This document shows positions 58,260-59,737 of a DNA stretch of 59,737 nucleotides, in pieces. This stretch comes from a virus (Duplodnaviria > Caudoviricetes): the IMG/VR virus record IMGVR_UViG_3300025889_000127, positions 1 through 59,737 of that record. The stretch is one strand, 5' to 3'. The notes below the pieces were generated by a model, which ran no database searches, had not been told where the DNA came from, and saw only the letters and a program-made list of their open reading frames with translations. The position numbers and the translations under genes were made by a program. Within the stretch, counting starts at the first letter, position 1. Each line of letters begins with the position of its first letter.

Positions 58260-58867
58260 TTTTTAGAATCTCCTTTTGACTTTGCATAATTAGAAACTTG
58301 TTCTTCGGAAATGCCCTGATATTTGTAAAAAGCTTTTTTGAGCATTTCTCTTTCTTCATCTGTTTTCGCATGAGCCCACTGCCACCCGACTGAACTTTTG
58401 ATATCATCTATCTTTTTGGATAGGTTTTCAACCTCTTGTTCTGTCTGGGAAAACAAAATCTCATCATCTATATCATATTTTGAGATATCAATCTCTAGGT
58501 CGTTTGCTAACTCAACAATCTCTGGAAGGTTTTGAGTTTCGTGATACTCAGTAGCACTCCTGAACTCATCTGTGTATAGGTTTTCTTTATCAAGATCAGG
58601 GTGTGTTACTTTTACAACTTCTCTGTAGACATCTTTCAGTATTTTCTTGCCCTTCTCATCCAGTTCACGAACTTCTTTTTTCTTTTCTTTTTCTTCTTCC
58701 TCTTTTTTCTGACTTAAGAAACCGAGATACTCTATCTCTTTCTGGAAGTCTTCATTGAACTTCTTGATTGTATCTTGTCTTATATCCAGGACTTCTTCCA
58801 ACTCAGCCTTTTTGAACTGATGCTGAAGGTTTATCCTCTTCATTTTTAGTTTGATTTTGTTGCTCAT
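58256..58867 (-). CDS. Protein with a degenerate DnaJ-like J-domain
   Basis: LKDVYREVVKVTHPDL.....EFRSATEY matches the J-domain helix II-HPD-helix III pattern. Confidence 0.7.
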   Translation of the reverse strand: MSNKIKLKMKRINLQHQFKKAELEEVLDIRQDTIKKFNEDFQKEIEYLGFLSQKKEEEEKEKKKEVRELDEKGKKILKDVYREVVKVTHPDLDKENLYTDEFRSATEYHETQNLPEIVELANDLEIDISKYDIDDEILFSQTEQEVENLSKKIDDIKSSVGWQWAHAKTDEEREMLKKAFYKYQGISEEQVSNYAKSKGDSKK

Positions 58868-58882
58868 AAGAAGTACCTTTTG

Positions 58883-58890
58883 TAAGTAGT
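58883..58890 (-). promoter_or_regulatory. Putative late promoter ACTACTTA
   Basis: Lies between a terminator and ATG 58867. Confidence 0.55.
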
Positions 58891-58902
58891 ATTTTAGGGC
58901 AT

Positions 58903-58936
58903 AAAAAAGAAAGAGGCAGCCGAAGCCGCCCCTTTC
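58903..58936 (-). terminator. Rho-independent terminator
   Basis: Minus strand GAAAGGGGCGGC-TTCG-GCTGCCTCTTTC followed by TTTTTT. Confidence 0.9.
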
Positions 58937-58976
58937 AAATAAAACTTATTCTCTAGTACGAGACTAGTGAAATATA

Positions 58977-59737
58977 TTATACCTTAGCAAAGACAAGCTG
59001 ATCGCTAGCGTCTACAGACATTGTGTATTCGCTACCGTTAGCCTTGAACTTCAACAATGTGAAAGCTTCAGAGCTATCACCAGCCTTCATGTTGTCCAAG
59101 CGACCGTCTAGACCAGCTTCAGCAGCAAGAGCACGGGTCTCTTCAGCGTCTACGTCAGCAGCACGATCAAGAATCTCTTGAGCGAGGTTAGCAGCGATTA
59201 CGCCTTCAGCAGCAGTAGCACGAGAAACTTCAGAAGCTAGATCGTTGGTTAGAACGAGTTCAGCAGCAGTAGCACGAGCGATCTCAGAAGTGAGACCAGC
59301 TTCGTTAGCAGCTACCTGAATGTCAAGCTTTTCCATACCGTCCTTCAAGGATACAGCAGGGTCCATGTAGTTGGTGCCTACGAAAGGATCAAAGGTACCG
59401 TCAGCAGCAAGACCGATAGCACTTTCGTGCTTGTCGAACATAGAGTCAGCGTCAGCTTCGTTACCGTCAACGTCAGCCTGAACAGCGTTGATAGCAGCTT
59501 GAAGAGCAGAGTCAGCAGCAGCAAACTCGGTGCGGATGAGAGCACGATCAGCATCGCCGTCAGCTTCGTTTTGATCAACGTCAGCTTGGATAGCAGCTTC
59601 AGCAGCTAGAGCACGAGTCTCTTCAGCAGAGATAGCTGTTGAAAGAACGCCTTCAGCAGCTAGAGCACGAGCTTCTTCAGCAGCAATAGCAGCATCAGCG
59701 TCAGACTCGTTTTGATCAACGTCAGCCTGAACAACAG
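58977..59737 (-). CDS. Ala-rich coiled-coil fibre-like protein, C-terminal part (5' end outside the window)
   Basis: The frame stays open upstream of the track's Met to the window end (VVQADVDQNESDADAAIAAEEARALAAE...). Repeats QADVD(Q/G)NE.D and E.(T/A)RA(L/T)AAE. Confidence 0.85.
   Translation of the reverse strand, partial: VVQADVDQNESDADAAIAAEEARALAAEGVLSTAISAEETRALAAEAAIQADVDQNEADGDADRALIRTEFAAADSALQAAINAVQADVDGNEADADSMFDKHESAIGLAADGTFDPFVGTNYMDPAVSLKDGMEKLDIQVAANEAGLTSEIARATAAELVLTNDLASEVSRATAAEGVIAANLAQEILDRAADVDAEETRALAAEAGLDGRLDNMKAGDSSEAFTLLKFKANGSEYTMSVDASDQLVFAKV

Overview
This is a 59.7 kb fragment of a large tailed-phage (myovirus-type, probably jumbo) genome in the standard genetic code. 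Nearly all genes are on the minus strand. In coordinate order it holds: (i) putative head-packaged proteins sharing an N-terminal MK(I/V)TxSxLxxIIxEE-type leader, including a >1236-aa run-off ORF missed by the ORF track; (ii) a primase, a HAD nucleotidase and a RuvC-like resolvase; (iii) a ~32 kb baseplate/tail-tip module (gp6, gp25, a 3172-aa wedge protein, a spike-like protein, an M23 peptidase); (iv) a gp55-like late sigma factor, three glycosyltransferases, a Cas4/AddB-like nuclease, a zincin and PIN-PhoH; (v) a complete tmRNA with its own sigma70 promoter and terminator beside an AT-rich repeat element; (vi) a 1089-aa ligase-like/nuclease-like/HIGH-nucleotidyltransferase multidomain protein; (vii) secreted or lipoprotein genes (trypsin-like protease, Cys-repeat/vWA protein), a J-domain-like protein and a partial Ala-rich fibre. 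The most notable patterns are the putative capsid-targeting/polyprotein cargo system, a recurring ACTA(T/C)TTA late-promoter motif (three copies exactly 4 nt from an ATG), and strong [ST]-[GAS]-S enrichment in a subset of structural proteins near the glycosyltransferases. Family calls come from motifs recognised by eye; no database searches were run.
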